This document shows positions 49,438 to 58,920 of a DNA stretch of 64,000 nt, one piece after another. The notes below the pieces were generated by a model. That model did not search any database and was not told where the DNA came from. It saw nothing but the letters and a program-made list of their open reading frames with translations. Origin of the DNA: a virus (taxonomy: Duplodnaviria > Caudoviricetes); the IMG/VR virus record IMGVR_UViG_3300025087_000034, one strand, 5' to 3'. Numbering within the stretch: position 1 is the first letter of the stretch; each line of letters starts with the position of its first letter. A program made the position numbers and the translations under genes.

Positions 49438-50466
49438 ATGGATACTTTAACATTAGAAAAGATAAAGGCTAGTGTGGACCCAGATACTTTATTATTGAGT
49501 CTTGGGTTTGTGGCCCATTATTCCAATGAGACGGAAATACGGTGTGCTTGTATTTTGCATGGAGGAGATAATAAAACAGCTTTTTGTTTCAAAAAAGAGT
49601 CGAAGAGATTTTGTTGTTACACACACGGGTGTGAGCTGGATTCTACGGGAAGACTGGACAATGATGTTGTCGCGCTGGTAATGAAGACAAATAAATGCTC
49701 TTTTGTAGAGGCAATAAAGTATCTTAGTATGTTGACGGGTATTTCTATTGATAATTCTTCTCACCAAGATGAGGACATACTTAAACATAAAAAGAAGCTA
49801 GAAAAAGACAGCTTCATACGGTTCATGGAAGATGACACTACCGTGCAGGAAATACCAGAAAGTATTATGGAAAAGTACGAAAAAAATGGTGCAGAATATT
49901 TTTATGGGCTGGGAATATCTGAGGATATTATAAGTAAGTATCGTTTAGGGTCTGGGTATGATAGTAAAGGGGTACATAGAGGAATGATCCCTATATTGGA
50001 CGAACACGGAAGGCTAGTGGGTGTTAGTGGAAGGCGAACAGACAATGAAAAAGCCTCTAAATACTTATTAATGGAGAAATTTCAAAAAAGAAAAATACTT
50101 TATAATTTAAATAATGCATTAGAGTTTACAAATAAATACAAACAATCTATAATAATAGTAGAAGGATTCAAGGTTTGTTGGCATGTTTCTTCATCTGGGT
50201 TTCCAAATGTTGTTGCTATAATGGGTAAGTCAATAAGGCCAGAACAAGTTAACTTGTTAGTTAAATATGGAATATTTAATGTTATATTATTATTGGATGG
50301 GGATGATGAAGGAAAAAAAGGGATGGAGGTCTCAAGAAAACTGTTGGACAGAGGGAAGATAAATGTACTACCAATTTATTTACCTGATAAAAAATCACCG
50401 GATGATTTTTCTTGTGAAGAAATTAGTAGTTTGATCTCAATGTTTTTGGATTCTATAGGAGGCTAG
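49438..50466 (+). CDS. dnaG: DNA primase (CHC2 zinc finger + TOPRIM)
   Basis: CACILHGGDN...FCCYTHGC, IPILDEHGRLVGVSGR, LYNL, IIVEG, LLLDGDDEG. Confidence 0.9.
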   Translation: MDTLTLEKIKASVDPDTLLLSLGFVAHYSNETEIRCACILHGGDNKTAFCFKKESKRFCCYTHGCELDSTGRLDNDVVALVMKTNKCSFVEAIKYLSMLTGISIDNSSHQDEDILKHKKKLEKDSFIRFMEDDTTVQEIPESIMEKYEKNGAEYFYGLGISEDIISKYRLGSGYDSKGVHRGMIPILDEHGRLVGVSGRRTDNEKASKYLLMEKFQKRKILYNLNNALEFTNKYKQSIIIVEGFKVCWHVSSSGFPNVVAIMGKSIRPEQVNLLVKYGIFNVILLLDGDDEGKKGMEVSRKLLDRGKINVLPIYLPDKKSPDDFSCEEISSLISMFLDSIGG

Positions 50467-50468
50467 TT

Positions 50469-50804
50469 ATGGAAGGTTTAAATTACGTTCGTATGAGGGG
50501 TTTTTTGAGGAGACCAAAGGCGGGTTTTACGCCCACCGGGTATTCAAAGTTTAGTGCTTCTTTAGCGGTCCCTGTTACGTATAAGAAAGGCGGAGAAGAG
50601 GTTAGTTCTCTTATATACCATAATGTAAGCGCGTGGGGGGATACGGCCGAGGCTCTGGCGGAGCTGGCGGAGGAAACCCCTCTCGAGATAGAGGGACACA
50701 TTAATAGCCGTTCGTATGATTCTCCTTGTAAATCGTGTGGTGCTGTTGAAAAGAAATACTGGGTTGAGATTCAGGTTGGTAATTTCACTATTGTCTTTGA
50801 CTAG
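50469..50804 (+). CDS. ssb: Single-stranded DNA-binding protein (OB fold) with a CxxC insertion and no acidic tail
   Basis: NYVRMRG...HNVSAWGDTAE...IEGHINSRSY...YWVEI. Confidence 0.8.
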   Translation: MEGLNYVRMRGFLRRPKAGFTPTGYSKFSASLAVPVTYKKGGEEVSSLIYHNVSAWGDTAEALAELAEETPLEIEGHINSRSYDSPCKSCGAVEKKYWVEIQVGNFTIVFD

Positions 50805-50814
50805 GAGACTCGAG

Positions 50815-51150
50815 ATGAATGATATTTTGTTTGGTGTCGCTGGGCCTGTTTTTATGAAGGCAGCAAGGTATAAGAGGGAGCACGTTAGTGGCCCCCACGC
50901 GTTAGAGGTTTGCTTGGATAAGATGTCGAACACAGTAATAGATAAAACTATAGAAAACGATGTTCGTATTGACTTTTCTTTGCTGGTTCGTTTACTTTTT
51001 GATCAAGTTAAGTATCCAGATCTAAAAGAAGGGGAATACTTTGTAATTAGTGGACTATTGTTGGAGGATAATTTCGGGTCAGTAACTATAGTTGGTAATG
51101 TAGTAAAGCTTTTGGAGGAGGGTTTTTATGTTAACAAAACAGACGATTGA
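50815..51150 (+). CDS. Hypothetical protein, possible OB fold
   Basis: ATG at 50815 after AGGAG. C-terminal LKEGEYFVISGLL...VTIVGNVVKLL resembles OB strands. Confidence 0.4.
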   Translation: MNDILFGVAGPVFMKAARYKREHVSGPHALEVCLDKMSNTVIDKTIENDVRIDFSLLVRLLFDQVKYPDLKEGEYFVISGLLLEDNFGSVTIVGNVVKLLEEGFYVNKTDD

Positions 51151-51316
51151 TTTTGATGTTTCAGTAAGTCATCTTACTGCTTTTTATGATTCTGACGTTA
51201 CGTGTCCTTTTTGTGACAGCACCTATATTTCTTTGTTCGATAATGGGGGGACAGTTGAGTACATTTGCCCCGAGTGTGGAAATGTTTGGGTTGTTCTTGG
51301 TGCTGGTGAGGAATAA
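51128..51316 (+). CDS. Small zinc-ribbon protein
   Basis: CPFCDS...YICPECGNVW. Confidence 0.65.
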   Translation: MLTKQTIDFDVSVSHLTAFYDSDVTCPFCDSTYISLFDNGGTVEYICPECGNVWVVLGAGEE

Positions 51317-51322
51317 TAGCTC

Positions 51323-52159
51323 GTGGTTGTTAAATCAGGAATATATTGCATTTGTAATTTAATTAATGGGAAAATATACATTGGGTCAACTATAGATTTT
51401 GAGGCGAGATGGCACGAGCACAAAAGGCAACTAAATAAAGGTAGTCATCACTCTTTACATCTACAGAACGCTTGGAACAAATATGGTGAGGGTAACTTCT
51501 ATTTTGGTGTTTTGGAGGACGTAATAGATAAGTGTGAACTTATTACCGTGGAACAGCGTTGGATAGATGAGCTACATCCTGAATATAATATTTGTCCTAC
51601 AGCGGGTAATACTCGTGGGCGGGAAGTTTTAGAGAAAACTAGGCAGAAGATATCTAAGTCTAATAAGGGAAAGCTTTTAGGGGAGAAAAACCCAATGTAT
51701 GGTAGGACAGGTGAGAAACACCCAATGTACGGTTGCACAGGTGAGAAAAACCCAATGTACGGTCGTACAGGTGAAAGTAGCCCAAATTTTGGTAAACCAC
51801 GTCCAGAAGAAACCAAACGGAGGATATCTAAGTCTAATAAGGGAAAGCTTTTAGGGGAGAATCACCCGCTGTTTGGCCGTACAGGAAAGGATAGCCCTAA
51901 TTATGGTAAACATCGTACAGAAGAATACAAGCGTAAGCGGTCTGAGTCCCTAATGGGTAAGAATAACCCTATGTGGGGACGCACAGGGGTGAAGAGCCCA
52001 TGCTATAAACGGGCTAAATGTTGGTCTTACAATGGAAAATCCCAACCGTTGTCCGACTGGTCCAGAGAATATAATATAGACCAAACAACACTAGCTTCTC
52101 GTGTAAAAAAGTTGGGTTGGTCCCTTGAGAGGGCCCTCCTAACACCGGTGAAAAAATGA
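51323..52159 (+). CDS. Free-standing GIY-YIG homing endonuclease with NUMOD3-type repeats
   Basis: [18 protein letters not shown]...RWHEHKRQL...EQRWID...EYNI. Has [10 protein letters not shown] repeats and a C-terminal HTH-like domain. Confidence 0.9.
   Translation: MVVKSGIYCICNLINGKIYIGSTIDFEARWHEHKRQLNKGSHHSLHLQNAWNKYGEGNFYFGVLEDVIDKCELITVEQRWIDELHPEYNICPTAGNTRGREVLEKTRQKISKSNKGKLLGEKNPMYGRTGEKHPMYGCTGEKNPMYGRTGESSPNFGKPRPEETKRRISKSNKGKLLGENHPLFGRTGKDSPNYGKHRTEEYKRKRSESLMGKNNPMWGRTGVKSPCYKRAKCWSYNGKSQPLSDWSREYNIDQTTLASRVKKLGWSLERALLTPVKK
51649..51861 (+). repeat. Exact 39-bp direct repeat plus 30-bp tandem units within the GIY-YIG gene
   Basis: GATATCTAAGTCTAATAAGGGAAAGCTTTTAGGGGAGAA at 51649-51687 and 51823-51861. 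30-nt units start at 51680, 51710, 51740 and 51770. Confidence 0.9.
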
Positions 52160-52992
52160 CTTTTTATGATGTGTTAGGCGCGTCTAAAGAGGCCTCAGAA
52201 GATGAGATAAAAAAAGCCTATAGAAAGAAAGCTAAGGAAACCCATCCAGATATAAATAAGGATGACCCAGAAGCTGAAGAGAAGTTTAAGAAGGTTTCTG
52301 AGGCTTATGGGGTTTTAGGAGACTCTGAAAAACGACAACAGTATGATTTTTCATTAGAAAACCCTGGTTTTAATGGGGGACCTGGATTTAATTCCTGGAC
52401 TAGTACTAATTTTGATGATATTTTTGGTGCACATTTTGGATTTGGTGCTAGTGGTCCCAGACAAAGACCAAAACCAAATCCTAAGGTAGTAGCTCGTGGG
52501 AAGGATGTAAGAATTAAGTATGACACTACTCTTTACTCAGCAATATTTGGTGGAGAGTTTTCTGGTAGGTTAAAATTTGACTCTGGATGTCCAAATTGTG
52601 CGGGGTATGGCTATCTTAAGTATGATACCCCGTGCAGTACTTGTGGGGGCTCAGGCCAGCAGTTTATATCCCATGGTATGCTTCGTATGAGTCAGCCTTG
52701 CTCTTCTTGTAGAGGCCTTGGGTTGGCTCCTAGTGAACAGTGTCCTGAGTGTTCTGGTTCTGGTAAGTGTAGTAATGAGTTTGAATACTTTGTTACTATT
52801 CCAAGAGGGTTTGTATATTCCAATAATGAAAATGGTGGTGTTATTATAGTAGAAGGTAAGGGGGCACCAGGAATTAACGGCGGGGAAAAAGGAAATTTAA
52901 TAATAATAACAAATATTTTAACCCCAAAAATAAATTTAGAACAGATAACAGAAGAAGAAAAGGAAATACTCAAAAAGTATATAGATAATTAA
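52156..52992 (+). CDS. dnaJ: DnaJ (Hsp40) co-chaperone with shortened C-terminal domain
   Basis: J-domain with HPD, G/F-rich linker and four CxxCxGxG motifs. Confidence 0.93.
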   Translation: MTFYDVLGASKEASEDEIKKAYRKKAKETHPDINKDDPEAEEKFKKVSEAYGVLGDSEKRQQYDFSLENPGFNGGPGFNSWTSTNFDDIFGAHFGFGASGPRQRPKPNPKVVARGKDVRIKYDTTLYSAIFGGEFSGRLKFDSGCPNCAGYGYLKYDTPCSTCGGSGQQFISHGMLRMSQPCSSCRGLGLAPSEQCPECSGSGKCSNEFEYFVTIPRGFVYSNNENGGVIIVEGKGAPGINGGEKGNLIIITNILTPKINLEQITEEEKEILKKYIDN

Positions 52993-52996
52993 AAAA

Positions 52997-53473
52997 ATGT
53001 CAAGAATATTAGGATTAGATGTATCTTCATCCAGTACCGGTTGGGCACTTACAATAAATAATAGATTTTATTTAAAAGAAGAATGTTATTATGGTATAAT
53101 AAGTCCAGAAAAGAATTTAACTCTTGCCGAAAAACTAGAATTTTTTAGGGTTAAATTAATAGAAATTTTAGATAAAACTAAACCAGATATAGTAATAATA
53201 GAAGACGTGTTTTTACAGCGTAATGTTAGTACTCTTAAACTATTATCTAGATTTTCTGGTGTGGCTATAGAAGCAGTAAAATCTAATTCAAAAATAGAAC
53301 CACAACTTCAAACAGTAAAAAAAATACGTTCCAAAGTAGGAACACAAGACAAAAAATCAACATATACATTTGTTGTAGAAAGGTTCAAGCTTCCGTGGAA
53401 AAAAGAAGACTTTAATAAGCGTAATGATATAACTGACGCACTGGCTCTGTGCTTGTTTGTAACTACAAAATAG
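52997..53473 (+). CDS. ruvC: RuvC-type Holliday junction resolvase
   Basis: ILGLDVSSSSTGWA, VIIEDVF, NDITDALAL. Confidence 0.85.
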   Translation: MSRILGLDVSSSSTGWALTINNRFYLKEECYYGIISPEKNLTLAEKLEFFRVKLIEILDKTKPDIVIIEDVFLQRNVSTLKLLSRFSGVAIEAVKSNSKIEPQLQTVKKIRSKVGTQDKKSTYTFVVERFKLPWKKEDFNKRNDITDALALCLFVTTK

Positions 53474-53484
53474 GAGTTTAAAAA

Positions 53485-54663
53485 ATGCAAAATCGATCTG
53501 TGTCTGCTACCGCCATGAAATTGTTTCTCCAATGTTTACAAAAGTTTTATTTTAAGTATTATTCAGATAAAGCTCCCCTAGTCTCTAGGGATTCTATGGC
53601 TTTTGGGTCAGCAGTTCACGAAGCCCTGGAACAGATGTATAAAAGACTAGGAAACCAAGGAAGGCTTCCTAATCAGGATGACTACGATTACGTAATAGAT
53701 GTTTTTATGAAATCGGCAGTTCAAAATCACCTTTCGGACCAATCTCTCTATGATGAAGGTCGGTTGATGTTGAAGAGCCGGTTGGACAAGTTTGATCCTA
53801 GCGAAAAAGTAATTGGTTTGGAGGTAATCTTTGGTAGACCTTATGAGAATCCTGAGGTACCTGTCTCTACCAAAAAAGGTACCCCACTTTTGGGAGCCAT
53901 AGATAAACTTATAGAATTAGATAAAGATACTATAGTAATATTGGATTATAAAACTAGTCGTATGGCATTTACCCAAGAGGAAGCCGATCATGACGAGCAG
54001 CTTTCCCTGTATGATTTGGTGGTTAGTATCCTGTACCCCCAATACAAAAATAGGATACTTGTTCTAGATTATTTACGATTAGAGCCTGTTATTACACATA
54101 GAACCTCGGTACAGAGAGTTTCGTTTGAAAGTCAGTTAGATTGCATCTATGAGGAAATTAAACAGCTATCATTTGAGAAGGTTAAGCCTTCTATTAATGA
54201 GTTCTGTGGGTGGTGTGAGTATAAGAATTATTGTGCTGCTTTCCAGAAGGTAGTATCTGACCCCGACTTATTAATAAAGCCTTATGGTGTGTGCTCTGAT
54301 CAGGAGCTTATAGAAGAATGGGAAAACTTCGGCAAGATAAAACGAATCATAGACTCTCACGATAGGGATTTAAAAATGCATATTTCAAAGACTGCCATGG
54401 ATAGAGATTCTTCCGGTATTTCTGGTGACGAAAAAGAACTGTACAGAGTCCAAAACAGTCGTGTGTCATACAATACGCAGGCTGTAGCTAAAGTTATCCC
54501 GCTAGAAGACTGTTTGCAGTTCTTTTCCGTAAATACTAAGGGTTTAGAGCGGTTTTTAGTGGATCACCCAGAGTATTCAGAGGAAGTCTTAAATAGTGCC
54601 GAAGTTTCTTTTAACAATTCCTTTTTTAAGTTGAGGGGAAAAAGGACTTCTTCGAGAAAGTAA
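53485..54663 (+). CDS. RecB/AddB/Cas4-like PD-(D/E)XK exonuclease with probable Fe-S cluster
   Basis: N-terminal Cys (FLQC), GAIDKL...ILDYKTS, QLSLY and CGWCEYKNYC. Confidence 0.85.
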   Translation: MQNRSVSATAMKLFLQCLQKFYFKYYSDKAPLVSRDSMAFGSAVHEALEQMYKRLGNQGRLPNQDDYDYVIDVFMKSAVQNHLSDQSLYDEGRLMLKSRLDKFDPSEKVIGLEVIFGRPYENPEVPVSTKKGTPLLGAIDKLIELDKDTIVILDYKTSRMAFTQEEADHDEQLSLYDLVVSILYPQYKNRILVLDYLRLEPVITHRTSVQRVSFESQLDCIYEEIKQLSFEKVKPSINEFCGWCEYKNYCAAFQKVVSDPDLLIKPYGVCSDQELIEEWENFGKIKRIIDSHDRDLKMHISKTAMDRDSSGISGDEKELYRVQNSRVSYNTQAVAKVIPLEDCLQFFSVNTKGLERFLVDHPEYSEEVLNSAEVSFNNSFFKLRGKRTSSRK

Positions 54664-54665
54664 AA

Positions 54666-54860
54666 ATGGTTGAAAAGAAAGAAAAAAAATATCAAATATA
54701 TAAAGAAGGTGTGTTTGTCGGACTTCAACTTCTAGATGGGACAAAGGTTTTTGGTATAATTGATACTTTTGACAATTACTTCTTATATATAGACGATGGA
54801 ATAACTATCATTGATGTACCACGGGACATAGTGAGAAGAATTTTTGCGGTTGTAAAGTAA
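54666..54860 (+). CDS. Hfq/Sm-like small protein
   Basis: VGLQLLDGTKVFGIIDTFDNYFLYI matches the Sm1 pattern (cf. Hfq [25 protein letters not shown]). An Sm2-like IDVPRDIVRRI follows. Confidence 0.65.
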   Translation: MVEKKEKKYQIYKEGVFVGLQLLDGTKVFGIIDTFDNYFLYIDDGITIIDVPRDIVRRIFAVVK

Positions 54861-55606
54861 TGATTACAAAATCTGGTATATACTGTATTTGTAATTTAGT
54901 TAATGGAAAAATATACATAGGACAGACGGCTGATTTTAAGCTAAGGTGGAGAAGCCATATTAAAAGGTTTAATAGAGGTTCTAGGAGTGCAAACCCACAC
55001 CTTCTTAGCGCGTGGAGAAAGTATGGCCCAGAAGCTTTTGTTTTTGAGGTTATAGAATATGTTCCTAAAGATAAAGAACTCCTTAAAGAACGGGAACAGT
55101 ATTGGATGGACTATTTGAATGTGACCGACTCGGAGGTGGGATATAATATATCTCCCACGTCCGGGTCATCTTTGGGAGTTAAGTATACAGAGGAACAAAA
55201 GCAGAAAATGTCTGGTGAAAACAGCGTTGGGTATCAACATGCTAAGTGCTGGGAATACAATGGAAAATCCCTGCCTTTGTCTGTTTGGGCGAAAGAGTAC
55301 AATATGAGCCAAACAACCCTTGCCTCCCGAGTAAAAGAGATGGGCTGGCCGCTTGAAAGGGCCTTAGCCACGACGGTAAAAAGTGACATGTTTGGTGAAA
55401 ATAACAATATGTTTGGTCACAAAGGTGAAAAAAGTCCTGGTTATAAACATGCTAAGCGCTATGACTATGATGGAAAATTACAGACTCTGTCCGATTGGGC
55501 TAAAGAGTATGGTATAAATCAAACTACATTGAGTTCTAGGATAAAGAAATTAGGGATGTCTATTGAAAGAGCCCTAACAACCCCTGTAAAGTCTAGAAAG
55601 AAATAA
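54860..55606 (+). CDS. Free-standing GIY-YIG homing endonuclease with two C-terminal HTH-like repeats
   Basis: [18 protein letters not shown]...EREQYWMD...GYNI, then two copies of YxGKxxxLSxWAKEYxxxQTTLxSRxKxxGxxxERAL. Confidence 0.9.
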   Translation: MITKSGIYCICNLVNGKIYIGQTADFKLRWRSHIKRFNRGSRSANPHLLSAWRKYGPEAFVFEVIEYVPKDKELLKEREQYWMDYLNVTDSEVGYNISPTSGSSLGVKYTEEQKQKMSGENSVGYQHAKCWEYNGKSLPLSVWAKEYNMSQTTLASRVKEMGWPLERALATTVKSDMFGENNNMFGHKGEKSPGYKHAKRYDYDGKLQTLSDWAKEYGINQTTLSSRIKKLGMSIERALTTPVKSRKK

Positions 55607-55656
55607 TCTTTTGGTTGTTGTTTTTTGTATACAATATTTTCATAAAAAGGAGATTT

Positions 55657-56946
55657 ATGGTGGAACAAAAGAAAGATAAAATAAAGATGCTAGTATACGC
55701 TGACTCTGTGACCGCATCTACAGGTTTTGGGGTCGTTATGAAAAATATATTGTTGCCTTTGCATAACACAGGCAAGTATGAAATAACCATGCTTGGCATA
55801 AATTACTGGGGAACCCCACACCAGGCCCCGTTTGAAATCTGGCCTGTGGGTGTGGAGTCCATGTTTAGTGGGGACAAGGATCCGTATGGACGGTTGTTTG
55901 TCCAAAGAAAAATAGCAGAATCTGAATTTGATATTTTATTTATGTTGCAAGATTCATTTATCCTTGAGTTTGTAAAGGATTTTCTTCCAAAGTTAAGGCA
56001 GAAGGGAAAAAAGTTTACTTCCGTTATATATTTTCCTATAGATGGAATCCCTAAGAAAAGTTGGATTGAAGCTATGAATGTAGCTGACATTCCCGTCACG
56101 TATACTGAATTTGCGAAAAATGAGTGTATAAAGATTATTCCGTCTATGGAGAAAAGACTTAGAATAATTCCTCATGGTGCTAATATGGCAGATTTTTATC
56201 CATTATCTTATAGGGAAAACTATGAGTTTAAGAAGGCTTATTATAGACATTTGGCTGACCGATTTATAGTTTTAAACGTAAACCGCAATCAGCAGAGAAA
56301 AGACATATTTCGCACAATGCTTGCGTTTAGAGAATTTCATAGGAAGTATCCTGATACACTTTTGAATCTGCACCTTGCGGTAAAGGATCAGGGTGGTGAT
56401 ATTCTGGCAGTAGCGGATTCTCTGGGTTTAGTGCCAAATGTCGATTTTATTTTTCCGTATAATTTTTCTCCTTCTACTGGTTTTCCTGTAGACGTGCTAA
56501 ATAGGATTTATAATTCTGCTGACGTAGTGATTAGCACATCTAAAGGAGAGGGCTGGGGGTTGGCTCAGGTAGAAGCGATGGCCTGCAAAACTTTAGTAAT
56601 TTCCCCAAATAATACGGCTTGTACGGAAATAGTAGGTGAAGACAGGGGATTATTAGTAAAAAGTGGTCATGATATTGACCATCTTGAAATTATGATGTAT
56701 GACAACGAAGTTCTTCGTCCTGTGGTTAATGTCCAAGACTTAGTAGATAAGTTAGAATTAGCTTATAATGATGAAGTATTAAGAATGAAGCTAGCAGAGA
56801 ATGGATATAACTGGGTTAGAAACACACTTGTGTGGGAAAATAATATAGTTCCCTTGTGGGAGGTCATATTTGAAGAGGCTATGGAGATGAAGAATAAGGG
56901 GCATGTTGTTGAAAGTGATGGTTTCGGTGAGGTAGAGGAGGTTTAG
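55657..56946 (+). CDS. Glycosyltransferase, GT4 (GT-B) family
   Basis: ATG at 55657 after AGGAG. TGFG N-terminus, LNVNRNQQRK and ISTSKGEGWGLAQVEAMAC. Confidence 0.9.
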   Translation: MVEQKKDKIKMLVYADSVTASTGFGVVMKNILLPLHNTGKYEITMLGINYWGTPHQAPFEIWPVGVESMFSGDKDPYGRLFVQRKIAESEFDILFMLQDSFILEFVKDFLPKLRQKGKKFTSVIYFPIDGIPKKSWIEAMNVADIPVTYTEFAKNECIKIIPSMEKRLRIIPHGANMADFYPLSYRENYEFKKAYYRHLADRFIVLNVNRNQQRKDIFRTMLAFREFHRKYPDTLLNLHLAVKDQGGDILAVADSLGLVPNVDFIFPYNFSPSTGFPVDVLNRIYNSADVVISTSKGEGWGLAQVEAMACKTLVISPNNTACTEIVGEDRGLLVKSGHDIDHLEIMMYDNEVLRPVVNVQDLVDKLELAYNDEVLRMKLAENGYNWVRNTLVWENNIVPLWEVIFEEAMEMKNKGHVVESDGFGEVEEV

Positions 56947-56948
56947 TT

Positions 56949-58070
56949 ATGCGAGGTATAAAGGTCATAGGCCCATATAATGATGCTTCTGGTTATGCCC
57001 AGGCATTTAGAGACAACGTTTTGTCTTTATATAAACTAGGTTTTGATATTACTATACAACCTAGGAATTTTGAACCAAACCCCCCACCGGTTTCAAATAA
57101 AGAACACGCAGCTATATTGGATAAACTTGTTGGAAGAAATATTAAGTATGATATAACCTTCCAACAGCTCACCCCAGACTTGTGGCGTGACCATGTGGAG
57201 CCTGACAAGTATAATATAGGTTTTATGGCTTGGGAGACTTCTTTGCTCCCGCCAAAATTTGTTCATTCTTGTTCTTCTGTACAAGAAATTTGGGTTCCCA
57301 GTGATTATAATGTAAGTGTACTAAGGTCTTGTGGGGTTGAAGTTCCAATAACAAAAATACCACATAGTATAGACCCAAATTTGTTTAGTTCAATAGACTG
57401 TGGAGAGTATAGCCTAAAAGGTTTGTCAAATAACACATATAAGTTTTATAGTATTTTTCAATGGATCGAACGAAAAAATCCTATGGGTCTTGTACGTTCA
57501 TATTTTAATGCTTTTGATGACAGCGATGATGTTGTTCTTATATTAAAGACGTATCGTACTGGTATGGGACGTGATAAAGATTTTATTAGAGAAAAGATAG
57601 TGGAAATCAAAAGGGATATGAACATAGGGGCATATCCTAGGGTAGTGCTTATTGGGGACATGCTTAGTAAAAATCAGGTGTTAGGATTACATAAGTATTG
57701 TGATAGTTATGTATGTTTGCACCGGGGTGAGGGGTTCGGCCTTCCTCTGTTCGAGGCCGGGCTAGTCGGTAACCCTGTAATCGGTACTGGTTATGGTGGG
57801 AACACAGAGTTCATGAAAGAAGACAACAGCTATTTAGTAGAGTATCAAATGACGTATGTTTCTGGTATGAGTTCATTTAATCCTTGGTACTTAGGAAGCG
57901 GACAATGGGCAGAACCTAATTTGATTGACGCAAGTGAGAAAATGAATTATGTATTTAATAATAGAATAGAAGCTAGAGAGACAGGAAGGAGACTTCAAGA
58001 TTATATAGCTAGTAATTTTTCTACAGAAGCAGTTTCTAAGTTAATGTTTGATAGGTTATCAAAACTATAA
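56949..58070 (+). CDS. Glycosyltransferase, GT4 (GT-B) family
   Basis: SGYAQA, WVPSDYN, WIERKNP and HRGEGFGLPLFEAGLVGNPVIGT. Confidence 0.9.
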   Translation: MRGIKVIGPYNDASGYAQAFRDNVLSLYKLGFDITIQPRNFEPNPPPVSNKEHAAILDKLVGRNIKYDITFQQLTPDLWRDHVEPDKYNIGFMAWETSLLPPKFVHSCSSVQEIWVPSDYNVSVLRSCGVEVPITKIPHSIDPNLFSSIDCGEYSLKGLSNNTYKFYSIFQWIERKNPMGLVRSYFNAFDDSDDVVLILKTYRTGMGRDKDFIREKIVEIKRDMNIGAYPRVVLIGDMLSKNQVLGLHKYCDSYVCLHRGEGFGLPLFEAGLVGNPVIGTGYGGNTEFMKEDNSYLVEYQMTYVSGMSSFNPWYLGSGQWAEPNLIDASEKMNYVFNNRIEARETGRRLQDYIASNFSTEAVSKLMFDRLSKL

Positions 58071-58086
58071 CTTTTTGGGGGTTTTT

Positions 58087-58920
58087 ATGTTGCTGCGCGA
58101 AAAAATTATCTCATTGATTTACAGGGAAATTCTTGGTAGGGATGTAGACGATATTGGTTTGGGTATATATATGAGGTCTAGCGTTCCTATAGAGGTTGTA
58201 TATAGTGAGGTTTATAATTCCGATGAAGCAATGGAGTATAGGGATAGGATGGAGGAAGAGAGGTTTTTAAAGCAGGCGAATATTAAGTTGCCATTAACCT
58301 TAGCAATGTTTGTTAAGGACGTAGAAGACAGTGTAGAAATGGCTATAAGAAGTGTTTTACCTATAGTTAGTGAGGTTGTTATTACAGATACTGGTTCCTC
58401 TGATAGAACTATAGAGGTGTGTAAGGACCTGGGGGCTCGTGTCTATAGTGTGGGGTTTTCTGACTTTGGTAGCATAAGAACGGTGTCTGGTCATTTAAGT
58501 AGGCAGCCCTGGGTTCTTGGTTTGGACGCCGACGAGGTTGTTCTTTCTGAAGACCTTCCAAAATTTAAGGATTTAATAGAGAATAGTAATGTAGATGCCT
58601 GGGGTTTGCCAAGAAAACGATGGGCCGATTTGGAAATGCTAGTACAGGTAGAGCCGGAGGCATACCCGGATTTTCAATATAGGCTATTTCGTAATGATTT
58701 AAATATTATTTATGTTAGACGAATACACGAAATAATTAAAGGAACTGATAAAAAAGTGGAGGCGCTTGACGGTCCTTGTATACAGCACTTTCAAGATGTT
58801 TTTAAGTTCGGAGAAAAATTAAAATCAAGAAATTTACTTTATAAGAATTTGTATGATAAAGATATTTGTGATGGTGTGGGGCACGAGGGTTTAGCCGTAC
58901 AACCCATTGACGAGGTGTGA
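58087..58920 (+). CDS. Glycosyltransferase, GT2 family (SunS/flagellin-GT-like), with N-terminal DUF4214-like helical domain
   Basis: AMFVKD...VVITDTGSSDRT...DFGSIR...WVLGLDADE. N-terminal LIYREILGRDVDDIGL...VYNSDE. Confidence 0.85.
   Translation: MLLREKIISLIYREILGRDVDDIGLGIYMRSSVPIEVVYSEVYNSDEAMEYRDRMEEERFLKQANIKLPLTLAMFVKDVEDSVEMAIRSVLPIVSEVVITDTGSSDRTIEVCKDLGARVYSVGFSDFGSIRTVSGHLSRQPWVLGLDADEVVLSEDLPKFKDLIENSNVDAWGLPRKRWADLEMLVQVEPEAYPDFQYRLFRNDLNIIYVRRIHEIIKGTDKKVEALDGPCIQHFQDVFKFGEKLKSRNLLYKNLYDKDICDGVGHEGLAVQPIDEV

Noticed and set aside
53485-54663. Cas4 as part of a CRISPR system
   Set aside because: No repeat-spacer array or other cas genes. The context (recA, ruvC, ssb) indicates a recombination exonuclease.
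55600-55656. Promoter upstream of the glycosyltransferase cluster
   Set aside because: A TACAAT -10-like hexamer is present (55630-55635), but there is no credible -35 at 16-18 nt spacing.
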